NCBI GenBank assembly: GCA_963723975.1
Contig: CAVRTI010000024.1
Location: 81,954 to 145,953, forward strand
From: an uncultured Actinomycetota bacterium
GTDB lineage: Bacteria; Actinomycetota; Actinomycetes; JACCUZ01
DNA length: 64,000 nt
Direction: 5' to 3'
Both the position numbers and the translations under genes were made by a program. Below, piece after piece: positions 18,150-27,836 of this stretch (the stretch's first letter is position 1; the number at the start of each line of letters is the position of its first letter). The notes under the pieces were generated by a model. The model was given only the letters and a program-made list of their open reading frames with translations. It did not search any database and was not told where the DNA came from.

Positions 18150-19447
18150 CTAGAACGGCGCGGCAGCCACGGGACCGGGTCGACCAGGGCCGAGTTCACG
18201 TAGACCTCGAAGTGCATGTGGCAGCCGGTCGAGTAGCCGGTCGAGCCGACCGTGCCGATCACCTGCCCGGCCGTGACCTGGTCGCCGACGGCAACCCCGA
18301 GAGCGGTCTGGTGGTTGTACGTGGTGGTCAGCAGGACCCCGTCGACGGCGCCGTGCGTGACCACGGCCCGCCAGCCGTAAGCGCCGTTCCAGCCGGCCTG
18401 GACGACCAGCCCCTCGCGGGCCACCCGGATCGGGGTCCCGCACGCCGCACCGATGTCGGCCCCGGTGTGCAGCTTGTAGACGCCGGTCACCGGGTGCACG
18501 CGCATGCCGAACGGCGAGGTGATGGCACCGCGCACCGGCCAGGCCAGGGTTCCGGGGCGGGCCGGGACGGTCGCCCCGTCGCGGCCCGCGGCCGGGCCGA
18601 GGTCGCGGCGGGCCATGGCCGCCAGCTCGGCCTGCAGCTGGGTGGACTCGCCGATCCGTTGGGCGTGGGCTGCGTCGTCCTGGGCCTGTGCGGCGGCAGC
18701 GGCGGCCAGCGCCGCCTTGCGCCGCTCGACCAGACCGGCGACCTGGGCCTCCGCCGCGCGAGCCTGCTCGGCGAGCACCGCGACGGTCCGCAGGTCCTTC
18801 TGGGCCTGCTCGTCGGCTGCAGCGAGCTCGTCGCGGACCTGCTCGAGGTCGTCGGTGCGCTCACCGAAGGACTGCTGGACCGTCTCCAGGTCGTCAAGCA
18901 CCGAACGCTGCGAGGACACCACCGTCTGCAGGGCGACCAGCCGCTCGGCGAAGTCGGCCGGGGACCGGGCGTCCAACAGCATCGAGACGTTGCCCAGCGA
19001 GCCGCCGCCCTGGTAGACCGCCCGCGCCAGGCGACCGATCTTGGCCTGCTGCTCGGTGACCTCGGCTGCGGTCTGCTCGGCCTCCCGGGTGCTGAGCATG
19101 TACCGGACCTGGGCCCGCCCGCGGCGCAACGCGGTCCCGGCCTGACGGCGCTGGGCCGCGGCGAGCAGCCTGCGGGTCTGCTCTGCGGTGGCACGCGCGC
19201 CGGGCAGCGCCCGGTCCGCGAGCCGGAGGTCGGCGGCGGCCCGGACCATCTGCTCGGAGGACTCGGCGAGCTCGGAGCGGACCTGCCTGAGCACCGCCGC
19301 CAGCGTGTCCGGGTCGACCCCGGCGTCGTGGTCCGTGGTGGCGGTGGGAGTCGGCGCCGGCTTGTCGGCCGCGCTGGCGCCCGCCGGACCGACTGCGAGC
19401 AGCGCCACGGCGCAAGCCAGCACGGCACGGCCGAGCAGGCGTCGCAT
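18150..19447 (-). CDS. Secreted M23-family metallopeptidase with an N-terminal coiled-coil region. The 3' end is uncertain
   Basis: A signal peptide (MRRLLGRAVLACAVALLAVGPAGASA) and long coiled-coil heptads. The M23 catalytic region is HTGADIGAACGTPIRVAREGLV...GSTGYSTGCHMHFEVYVNSALVDPVPWL. The open frame runs on to 17972 in antisense to the GT2 gene, and an alternative frame stops at 18150. Confidence 0.75.
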
Positions 19448-19561
19448 GAGCGTCCTTCGCGGTTCGGGTCCGGCCCGCCGTCCGGGCCTCCCTCACGTCG
19501 TCGGCGTCCGGCGACCCCGGCTTGACCGCTCGGCCGGTGTTGCGTGCACCCCGCCGGCCGG

Positions 19562-20356
19562 TCAGACGGGGGAGAGCGCACCCCGGGTCGCCTCGTCGAG
19601 CAGCCGGTCGAGGATCGAGAGGACTACCGAGGTGTCGAAGCAGGCCTGCACCCGGTCGGTTGCCGCCATCCCCATGGCCTCGAAGCGCATCGGGTCGGCC
19701 TGCAGGGCGCGGGCCGTCACCGCCAGGTCGGTCGGGGATGCGACGACGATGCCGCTGACGCCGTCGGACACCAGGTCGGCGAGAACGCCGCGGTCCAGCA
19801 CGACGGCGGGACGGCCCGCGGCCATGCCCTCGAGCACCGCGGCGACCTCTGCGGGGGTGTCGTCGGCGACGACCACGACGCCGGTACGGTCCCGGTCGCC
19901 CTCCACCCGGCGCGCGGCGGCGGCGGCGTCAACGGTCTCGGGCAGCACCCGCACCCGGCTCCGGGGAGCGCCCATCGCGGCCAGCGCCTCGGCCTCCGAC
20001 GGAGTTGCCGCCAGCAGCGTCACGTCGCTGCGGACCAGGGCGCGCTCGACCCGGGTTGTCGCCGGGTCACCGGACCGGCCGGGCCGCGGCAGCCGCAGCA
20101 GCACCGGGACCGACCGCTCACGGGTAGCGACCTGGACAGCGAGCCCGGCCACCCAGCCGAGCGCGACCACGACGTCCGCGGCGCCGCCGTCCCACGAGTC
20201 GGCCAGGCCGTAGCCGAGGTCGGCGGCCCGGCTGGGCTCGAGATCAGGGCGGTGGACGACGCGCACGTCGTGACCGTTGGCGCGCAACCCGTCGGTCAAC
20301 AGATCGGCGGGACCTGCAGGAGCTGAGGGCAGCGTGGAGACAAGGGCGACGTGCAT
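19562..20356 (-). CDS. Glycosyltransferase-like protein (GT-B/GT4-like, short)
   Basis: MHVALVSTLPSAPAG...VVHRPDLE... with a Rossmann-like alternation of beta and alpha elements. The annotation is weak. Confidence 0.5.
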   Translation of the reverse strand: MHVALVSTLPSAPAGPADLLTDGLRANGHDVRVVHRPDLEPSRAADLGYGLADSWDGGAADVVVALGWVAGLAVQVATRERSVPVLLRLPRPGRSGDPATTRVERALVRSDVTLLAATPSEAEALAAMGAPRSRVRVLPETVDAAAAARRVEGDRDRTGVVVVADDTPAEVAAVLEGMAAGRPAVVLDRGVLADLVSDGVSGIVVASPTDLAVTARALQADPMRFEAMGMAATDRVQACFDTSVVLSILDRLLDEATRGALSPV

Positions 20357-20487
20357 GGGAGCGGCTCGTTCCAGGGGTGGCGCGCGCGGGCGCTCAGGTG
20401 GTGCGGCGCGTCGGGCTGCTCCAGCGCGCGGACAGGTCTCGTCCGACTCCTCCCACCGAGCCGCGCGGGAGAAACCTCCCACGAGCA

Positions 20488-21111
20488 TCAGGTCGGGGCT
20501 TGCCGACGCTGCAGCTCGGCGATCAGGTCCCGGCGGCTCATCGCCGACCTGCCCTCGATGCCCGCCCGCCGGGCCAGCTCGTACAGCTCGGCCCGGGAGA
20601 CGTCGAACCGCCGCGGTGGTGGCTCGGCGTCGCCGTGCTCTCGCAGGTCTGCGTCCCGGCGGGTCTCGTAGACGCCGCCGAGCCGCCGTACCTCCTTGCG
20701 GGCGACCGCGGACTCCAGCGGCGCCAGCACCTGGCCGGACAGGAGGGCGGCGTGCGCCTCGATCAGTCGGCGCAGCCGCTCTCCGATGGCGCCGACCCCG
20801 GGCGACGGCACAGGTGTCCCGGCCAGCTCGCCGGCCGCCCGTGCCATGTCGCAGTCCAGCCTTGACAGCTCCTCGGCGGCGTTCACGGCGGCGGGCCCGG
20901 CCTGCGCTATCACGTCCGGCGTCAGGGCCTCCAGCTCGGCGACCTGGTGGGCCGCGAGCAGGAGGACCAGCTCGTCACGCCACCGCCGCTGACTAGGTCC
21001 TTCGGCGACTGTGCGGCGCAGCAGCCGGAGCAGGCGTTCGTGGTCGAGCGTCGTGAGTCGGGTGATGCTGCTGGGCATGTCGGAGGGGTTACCCAGGGAC
21101 ACTGCGGTCAT
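20488..21111 (-). CDS. Hypothetical protein with a C-terminal Rho_N-like (SAP-like) helix-hairpin
   Basis: The C-terminus SRAELYELARRAGIEGRSAMSRRDLIAELQRRQ resembles the Rho termination factor N-terminal domain fold. The N-terminal region is helical. The start is uncertain (21111 or 21078). Confidence 0.45.
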   Translation of the reverse strand: MTAVSLGNPSDMPSSITRLTTLDHERLLRLLRRTVAEGPSQRRWRDELVLLLAAHQVAELEALTPDVIAQAGPAAVNAAEELSRLDCDMARAAGELAGTPVPSPGVGAIGERLRRLIEAHAALLSGQVLAPLESAVARKEVRRLGGVYETRRDADLREHGDAEPPPRRFDVSRAELYELARRAGIEGRSAMSRRDLIAELQRRQAPT

Positions 21112-21176
21112 TCCCCGCGTGGTCGTCGTGTCCCCGGGCCAGTCTCCCGATGTCCCGATGCCAACCGGGTGGCGTA

Positions 21177-21626
21177 CTACTGGACCTCGCCGCGCCACGC
21201 GCCGGTCTCGCGGCCGCTGTCCTCGATGAAGTCCTTGAACCTCTCGAGGTCGCCCTTGACCCGGTGCTTGACGACGCCGAGCTTGTCGCCCGCCGTCTCG
21301 ATCAACCCGTCCGGCTCGAAGTCCATCTGCACCATGACCTTGGTTTTGTCAGGTGAGAGCCGGTGGAAGGTCACCACGCCGGACTGCCGTGGCTCGTCCA
21401 CCGACGTCCACGCGACCCGCTCGTCGGGGTGCTGCTCGGTGATCTTGGCATCGAACTCCCGCTCGACGCCGCCGACCTTGGTGACCCAGTGGGTCATCGT
21501 GTCGCTGGTCTGCTGGACCCGCTCGACTCCTTCCATGAACTGCGGGAACGACTCGAACTGGGTCCACTGGTTGTAGGCGGTGGTGACCGGGACGGCCACC
21601 TCGATCGACTCTTCGACTGTGCTCAT
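21177..21626 (-). CDS. SRPBCC-family protein (polyketide cyclase/dehydrase-like)
   Basis: MSTVEESIEVAVPVTTAYNQWTQFESFPQFMEGVERVQQ... is a Bet v1-like fold signature. Confidence 0.75.
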   Translation of the reverse strand: MSTVEESIEVAVPVTTAYNQWTQFESFPQFMEGVERVQQTSDTMTHWVTKVGGVEREFDAKITEQHPDERVAWTSVDEPRQSGVVTFHRLSPDKTKVMVQMDFEPDGLIETAGDKLGVVKHRVKGDLERFKDFIEDSGRETGAWRGEVQ

Positions 21627-21664
21627 GGCAGCCCCGCTGCCCGGGGGTTCGGCAGCAAAACCTG

Positions 21665-22042
21665 TCAGCGACCGCCGCTGCAGGTGTGGACGGTCTCCGG
21701 GTGGCTGAGACAGCGGAACGCCTCGTCGAGGGTGGCCACCAGTCCCAGCCGGCGGTCGAGCTGGGTGATCTGCAGGATGCGCCGCACCGAGGGAGAGTCG
21801 GAGACGACGTGCAGCGAGCCGTCGAGCCGTTCGGCCCGCTGGCGGGCGCGGACCAGCGCGTTGATTCCGCTGGAGTCCATGAAGGTGACGTCAAGGGCGT
21901 CGATCACCAGGTGGGCGCCATCGCGGTTCAGGGCGGAGAGCAGCTCGTCGCGCAAGGCGGACACGGACCCGAGGTCGACCTCGGCGGGGAGCCGGACGAC
22001 AGCGACCCCCTCGTGCGGTGTCGCTGGTCGGACAGTGGTCAT
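21665..22042 (-). CDS. STAS-domain anti-sigma factor antagonist
   Basis: VVRLPAEVDLGSVSALRDEL...LVIDALDVTFMDSSGINALV (with a phosphorylatable Ser). Confidence 0.8.
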   Translation of the reverse strand: MTTVRPATPHEGVAVVRLPAEVDLGSVSALRDELLSALNRDGAHLVIDALDVTFMDSSGINALVRARQRAERLDGSLHVVSDSPSVRRILQITQLDRRLGLVATLDEAFRCLSHPETVHTCSGGR

Positions 22043-22140
22043 CGGCGCTCCCGCGGATCGGTGGCAGGGCTACACCGGCTTCCTCAGTGCGGCGTTGATG
22101 GTAGATCGCCGCCGACAGCGGGGCAAGAGCCTGCCGGTGG

Positions 22141-23845
22141 TCAGCCCGGGGCGGGGGCCTCGGCGGGAAGGTGGCGGCGGGACTGCACGATGCGGAACCG
22201 GGTGGCCACGTAGGCCGCGTCGGTGAGGGCGGAGTTCGCCGCCGGGTTGGCGCCGGTGGCGTGGAAGTCGCTGAACGCGGCTGACTGGTTGACGTAGACG
22301 GTCTCGGTCAGGTTGCAGGACAGCGCGACACCGGCGTCCAGGGCCGCCTCCTCCACCGCGTCCAGCACCTCGTCCTGCGTCGAGTACACCGCGGCCGTGA
22401 TCGCACCCTGCTCCCGCACCGAGTCGCGGAAGAGCTCGATCGACTCGGTGGTGCTGCCGGTGGTGACCAGGAACGCGATGGGTCCGAAGCACTCCTGCAG
22501 GTAGGTGTCGCGGTCGCCGGCGTCGACCTTGACGACAGTGGGGGTGCGGACCACGGCGTCGGGGAAGTCGGGGTGGGTCACCGACCGCGACGGCAGCACG
22601 ACCTCGCCGTACGACGGTGCCTTGTCGAGCCGCTCGAGAACGCCGTCGTTCACGACTGCACCGAGCAGTGCGGTCGCGCGCAGGTCGTCGCCGAGCAGAC
22701 CGTCGACGGCGGCGGCCAGGTCGCGGCCCAGCTCCTCGACGCTCTTCCGCACGCCGTCGGCGGTGATGCCGTCGCGGGGCACCAGCAGGTTCTGCGGAGT
22801 GGTGCACATCTGGCCGCTGTACAGCGACAACGAGAAGGCGAGGTTCGCGAGCATGCCGCGGTAGTCGTCGGTGGAGTCCACCACGACGGTGTTGACACCG
22901 GCCTTCTCGGTGAAGACGGCCGCCTGGTGGGCGTTGCGCTCCAGCCAGGTGCCGAAGCCGGTCGAGCCGGTGTAGTCGATGACCTTCACCTCCGGCCGTA
23001 GGGCCAGCACCTTGGCGAGGCCCTCGTCCGGGTGGTCGGCTGCGAGCTGCACAAGGTCCGGGGAGTAGCCGGCCTCGGCGAGGACCTCGCGGGCGATCGC
23101 CACGGTGATCGCCAGCGGCAGCACGGCCCGGGGGTGCGGCTTGACCACGACGGCATTGCCGGTGACCAGGCTGGCGAACAGCCCGGGGTAGGAGTTCCAG
23201 GTCGGGAAGGTGTTGCAGCCGACCACCAGCGCCACACCGCGCGGCACGACGGTGAAGGTCTTGGACATCCGCTGTGGTGGCCGCTTGCCCTGCGGCTTCT
23301 CCCAGGTCGCCTGCACCGCGTGCCGCGTCATCTCGGAGTAGGCGTAGGCGACCGCCTCCAGCGCGCGGTCCTGCGCGTGCGGCCCGCCGGCCTGGAACGC
23401 CATCGCGTACGCCTGGCCGGACGTGTGCATCACCGACTGCGCCATCTCGTGGCTGCGGGCGTTGATGCGAAGCAGGATCTCGAGGGACAGGTCGGCCCTC
23501 ACGTCGGGGCCGGCCGCCCGCCAGGACGGCATGGCCGCCGTCGCGGCAGCGAGCAGCGCGTCGACGTCGGCGTGCGGGTAGCTGATGCCGAGCTCGATGC
23601 CGTACGGCGAGCGCTCGCCGCCGACCTCCCCGTCGGTTCCCGGCTGCTCGAGCGGGAAGGCCCTGCCGAGGTAGCCGTCGAAGGCGGCCTTCCCCTCGGC
23701 GGCGGACTGGCTGCCGCTCTCCTCGCCGTACGCCTTGAGGTGCTCCGGGTAGGCCGACCAGTAGGTGCGCTCCCGGATCGCGGTGAGTGCACGCTGCAAG
23801 GTCTCGCTGTGCCGGCCGGTGGTCGTGCTGGGGTTCGCCGTCATG
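22141..23845 (-). CDS. paaN: Aldehyde dehydrogenase family protein, PaaN-like (phenylacetic acid degradation ring-opening ALDH)
   Basis: MTANPSTTTGRHSETLQRALTAIRERTYWSAYPEHLKAYGEE..., the NTFPTWNSYPG motif region and the catalytic Cys region SGQMCTTPQNLLVP. The open frame upstream of 23845 (to 25197) is an artefact. Confidence 0.7.
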
Positions 23846-23862
23846 CTCCGTAACCTAACGTC

Positions 23863-24774
23863 GTGGCCGACGAGACCGAACTTCTGCTGCTGGACGGCGG
23901 GCTCGCCACCGAGCTGGAGCGCCGGGGGCACGACCTGTCCGACGACCTGTGGTCGGCCCGGCTGCTCCTCGACCGGCCGGACGAGATCGTGGCCACTCAC
24001 CTGTCGTACTTCCGCGCGGGTGCCCAGGTGGCGACGACGGCGAGCTACCAGGCGAGCTTCGCCGGTTTCGCCTCCCGTGGCTGCAGCCGCGAGGAGGCGG
24101 CCGGACTCATCCGCCGCAGCGTGTCGCTGGCCCGGCAGGCGGCCGGGCTGGCTGCAGACGAGGCCGCCGACGGCGCGCGGCGACTCGTCGCGGCCTCGCT
24201 TGGTCCTTACGGTGCGGTGCTGGCCGACGGCTCGGAGTACTCCGGCGACTACGGCATGACCGACGCCGCCCTTCGCGACTTCCACCTCCCGAGGGCCGTG
24301 GTTCTCTCGACCGCAGGGGCCGACCTGCTGGCGATCGAGACGGTGCCCTCGGAACAGGAGGCGGCCGTCCTGCTCGGGGTCCTCGACGAGCTGCCCGAGG
24401 GCACCCGTGCCTGGCTGAGCCTGACCTGCGCCGACGGCTCGACGACCCGACGCGGCGAGGACGTCGACCGGGTCTTCGGCCTCGCCCGTGACCACGACCG
24501 GGTGGTCGCCGTGGGCGTCAACTGCACGGCGCCGGATCACGTCGAGGAGCTGGTGGGCCGTGCGGTCGCCGCCAGCGGCAAGCCAGCGGTCGTCTACCCG
24601 AACAGCGGGGAGAGCTGGAACGGCGCTGCGCGCACCTGGGGCGGGGACGGCGTCGGGGTCGACGCCGCGGCCGCCCAGCGCTGGGTGGCGCTGGGAGCCC
24701 GGTACGTGGGCGGGTGCTGCCGGGTCGGCGCGACCGACATCGCCCGTCTGGCCCGGTCGCTGCGCCCGAGCTGA
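23863..24774 (+). CDS. mmuM: Homocysteine S-methyltransferase
   Basis: LLLDGGLATELERRGHDLSDDLWSARLL...VNCTAP...GGCCRVG (a Zn-binding Cys triad typical of Pfam S-methyl_trans). Confidence 0.8.
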   Translation: MADETELLLLDGGLATELERRGHDLSDDLWSARLLLDRPDEIVATHLSYFRAGAQVATTASYQASFAGFASRGCSREEAAGLIRRSVSLARQAAGLAADEAADGARRLVAASLGPYGAVLADGSEYSGDYGMTDAALRDFHLPRAVVLSTAGADLLAIETVPSEQEAAVLLGVLDELPEGTRAWLSLTCADGSTTRRGEDVDRVFGLARDHDRVVAVGVNCTAPDHVEELVGRAVAASGKPAVVYPNSGESWNGAARTWGGDGVGVDAAAAQRWVALGARYVGGCCRVGATDIARLARSLRPS

Positions 24775-24799
24775 CGCCCGCTGACCGCCGGCGCGTGGC

Positions 24800-25676
24800 T
24801 CAGAAGGCGCAGACCTGGCGCAGCGCCGCCTTGGTCGCGTCGGGGACCGTCGGGGTGACGGCCAGCTCCTCGCCGCCAGGCGTGGAGACCCAGACGAGGA
24901 ACTCGTACGGCTTCTTGATCTCGCCGATCGCGTGGGCGGTGCAGCGCGCCGCGTACGACACCACCGGTATCCGTGCCACGGGCCGTTCGGGGGTGAGGAC
25001 GGCCAACGGTTCCGGCACTGCGCCGACCGAGGCGTCGGGTTGCAGGCCGTACATGATGGCGCCGTCGACCTGGGTGATCGTGCGCGGCCCGCCCTGCCGC
25101 AGCCGGGCGACAAGGATGCCGTGCAAGATGTCGCGCTCCGGCGAAGGCTCGAGCCGCCAGTTGTCGGAGAAGTGCAGGTCCACGTCGCGCAGGACATTCT
25201 CGACGGCGCAGGCGCGGGTGGCGATGCGCAGCAGGAGGCCGTCGCGGTCGCCGGCGGTGAGCCGCACGGTGCGTGACCTCGGGTCGTCGCCGTACCTCAC
25301 CTCCAGCGTCACCCGGGGCGGACCGATCTGCGGCGGCCCGTCGGCCGGGCAGCTCACGCCGTCGAACGGGACCGGCAGGTTGACCACCTGGCCGGCCGGC
25401 AGCGGCTCGTCCTTGCGCAGCGCACCCGGCAGGTCGAAGCCGGCGACCCGGAGCCGCAGCCGCTCGATGAAGAGCTCGGCGCTGCCGGCGTTGCGCACGG
25501 CGACCTCGACGCGCTGGAGCACCTGGTCGCGGCGGAGCTGGACCATCTCGGCGGCCACCGTCGGCTCCGGCTCGGCGGGGGACCGGCTCGCCGTCGGGTC
25601 GTCCTGACAGGCCGCCAGGCAGAGCATGAGCGCGACCACGAGAGCGATGCCGGCGGACCGGCCGCGCCTGCTCATC
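24800..25676 (-). CDS. Hypothetical lipoprotein
   Basis: MSRRGRSAGIALVVALMLCLAACQDDP... has a positively charged n-region, a hydrophobic core and an LAAC lipobox. Confidence 0.55.
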
Positions 25677-25987
25677 GGCGGGAGAGCCGCTCCGGCGAGG
25701 CTGTGTGCAGCAGGAAGTCGGGGCCGGCGGAGCCGAACGGCCAGCCACGCTGAGGTCACCATGACGATGAGGTTCGACTGCACTGTGAAGAAGCAGAAGT
25801 CGTCGGCGATCCTGCTAGCGTCCGAGTCGAAGTAGCCGCTGTCGAGCGGAGCAGTCGCCACCACCTGGAGAACGAGGCCGACGAGCACGACGACGGCGGT
25901 CGCGGTGAACAACAGCCGGGCGACCAGGGGCGTGACCACGAGGGTGAGAGTACGACGTCTCGGCGTGTCGATCGCCTGGTCGTCGCC

Positions 25988-27220
25988 TTGCTCGCGACGA
26001 CCGTGACGGCGTGTTCGGACGACCGGGAGCCGAGCGCCTCCGGGCCGACTGCCACGCGTACTGCCGCCCAGAGCCCCCCGCCGACGACCTCGCAGTCCGC
26101 GGCGCCGTCGCACGCCAGGATCAGCCAGCAACGGCTCAACGCCCAGCTCATCCGGGCGGCCTGGGACAACGATCTCCCGAAGGCCCGACGGCTGATCCGG
26201 GCCGGCGCCGACGTCAACCACCAGGACGGCACCCGGGCGAGCGCGTACCTCATCGCCACCAGTGAGGGCCATCTCCGTCTGCTCGAGCTGACCCTGGCCC
26301 ACGGTGCCGACGTCGCGTCGCTGGACAGCTTCGACGGAACCGGGCTGATCCGCGCTGCCGACCGCGGCCACGCCCTCGTCGCGGGACGGCTGCTCCGCGC
26401 GGGCGTCGACGTCGACCACGTCAACAACCTCGGCTGGACCGCCCTGCACGAGGCGATCATTCTCGGCAACGGCAGTCGTCGCTACCTGAGCACCGTGCGG
26501 GTACTGGTCGCGGGTGGCGCCGACGTCGAGCTGCCCTCGAGGCGCGACGGCATCGCACCCGTGGACCACGCTCGCTCAGCCGGGCACGGCGCGATAGTCA
26601 GGACTCTGCGCGCTGCCCTGGACGGCAGCCCTGTGCCCGACCCGGACGCCGCACTGCTGCGCGCGGCGTCGTCGGGGGACGCCGACCGCGCCGCGCTGGC
26701 ACTGCGAGCGGGGGCCGACATCGAGACCCGGGACAGGCATCGGCGTACCCCGCTGCTGCTGGCGGCCGCCCACGACCGACGCGCGGTCGCCCGCCTGCTC
26801 GTCGCCCTCGGCGCCGACCCGGACGCCCTCGACGACCGGCACGACACACCGTGGCTGGTCACCGGGGTGACCGGCAGCGTGCCGATGCTCGAGATCCTGC
26901 TGCCGGCGGAGCCGGACCTGACGATCCGCAACCGCTTCGGCGGGACATCGCTGATCCCCGCCAGCGAACGCGGGCACGTCGAGTACGTACGACGAGTCGT
27001 CCGGACCCGGATCGACCTCGACCACGTCAACGACCTCGGCTGGACCGCGCTGCTGGAAGCCGTGATCCTCGGCGACGGGTCCGAGCCCTACCAGGACATC
27101 GTGCGGCTCCTGCTCGACGCCGGCGCCGACCGCTCGATCACCGACAGGAACGGCGTCACCGCCCTCGAGCACGCCCGTACCGAGGGGCAGGACGGCATAG
27201 CCCGCGTCCTCGCGCGGTAA
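25988..27220 (+). CDS. Ankyrin-repeat protein (probable lipoprotein). An alternative GTG start lies at 25904
   Basis: At least 9 ANK repeats (e.g. DGTRASAYLIATSEGHLRLLELTLAHGADV; NNLGWTALHEAIILGN...VRVLVAGGADV; ...). The N-terminus ...RRVDRLVVALLATTVTACSDD contains a lipobox-like VTAC. Confidence 0.8.
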   Translation: MLATTVTACSDDREPSASGPTATRTAAQSPPPTTSQSAAPSHARISQQRLNAQLIRAAWDNDLPKARRLIRAGADVNHQDGTRASAYLIATSEGHLRLLELTLAHGADVASLDSFDGTGLIRAADRGHALVAGRLLRAGVDVDHVNNLGWTALHEAIILGNGSRRYLSTVRVLVAGGADVELPSRRDGIAPVDHARSAGHGAIVRTLRAALDGSPVPDPDAALLRAASSGDADRAALALRAGADIETRDRHRRTPLLLAAAHDRRAVARLLVALGADPDALDDRHDTPWLVTGVTGSVPMLEILLPAEPDLTIRNRFGGTSLIPASERGHVEYVRRVVRTRIDLDHVNDLGWTALLEAVILGDGSEPYQDIVRLLLDAGADRSITDRNGVTALEHARTEGQDGIARVLAR

Positions 27221-27266
27221 CGGCAGTCCGGGGTCATCAGCGCCGGGACGCGCACCGTCCGGTCGG

Positions 27267-27338
27267 TGCCCCCGGCAGGATTCGAACCTGCGCCACCGCC
27301 TCCGGAGGGCGGTGCTCTATCCCCTGAGCTACGGGGGC
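27267..27338 (-). tRNA. tRNA-Arg (anticodon CCG)
   Basis: The reverse complement is GCCCCCGTAGCTCAGGGGATAGAGCACCGCCCTCCGGAGGCGGTGGCGCAGGTTCGAATCCTGCCGGGGGCA. It has a 7-bp acceptor stem, D-arm GCTC/GAGC and anticodon stem CCGCC/GGCGG with loop CTCCGGA. The T-arm contains GTTCGAATC. Confidence 0.85.
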
Positions 27339-27409
27339 TCGGGCGGACCTGAGGTTATCAGTCGGTCAAGTCGCCTTCGCCCGGCGTCCGGCGCGGTTAA
27401 CCTCCCTGG

Positions 27410-27796
27410 GTGAGCGAGAGCCTGGGCCGCGTGCTGGTGGTCGACGACAGCGATGTCATCCGCACGTTGATCGCCGTGAACCTCGAGCTCGAGGGGTTCG
27501 AGGTCGTCCAGGCGGTCGACGGGCAGGACGCGCTGGAGAAGGTCATCGACGTCCGACCGGACGTGATCACCATCGACGTCCGGATGCCGCGGCTGGACGG
27601 TTTCGACACCGTCGAGCGGCTGCGCGCCGACCCGCGCACCTCCGCGATGAAGATCGCCATGGTGACCGCCTGCGCGCAGGCCGACGACCTGCGGCGTGGC
27701 GACGAGGTGGGTGTCGACGCCTATCTCACCAAGCCGTTCGACCCGAGCGCGCTCGTGCGCACGGTCCGCGACCTGGTCGCGCACCAGCCGTCCTGA
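27410..27796 (+). CDS. Single-domain response regulator (CheY-like receiver)
   Basis: VLVVDDSDVIRTLIAVNLELEGFEV...DVITIDVRMPRLDGF...DAYLTKPF. Confidence 0.8.
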   Translation: MSESLGRVLVVDDSDVIRTLIAVNLELEGFEVVQAVDGQDALEKVIDVRPDVITIDVRMPRLDGFDTVERLRADPRTSAMKIAMVTACAQADDLRRGDEVGVDAYLTKPFDPSALVRTVRDLVAHQPS

Positions 27797-27836
27797 CCGG
27801 TCCCTCTAGTCTGGAGAACGTGACTGGGGACCCCGC

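Noticed and set aside
22141-25197. 1018-aa ORF extending PaaN upstream
   Set aside because: The true ALDH starts at MTANPSTTTG (23845). The upstream portion is antisense to mmuM and the lipoprotein gene and is low-complexity.
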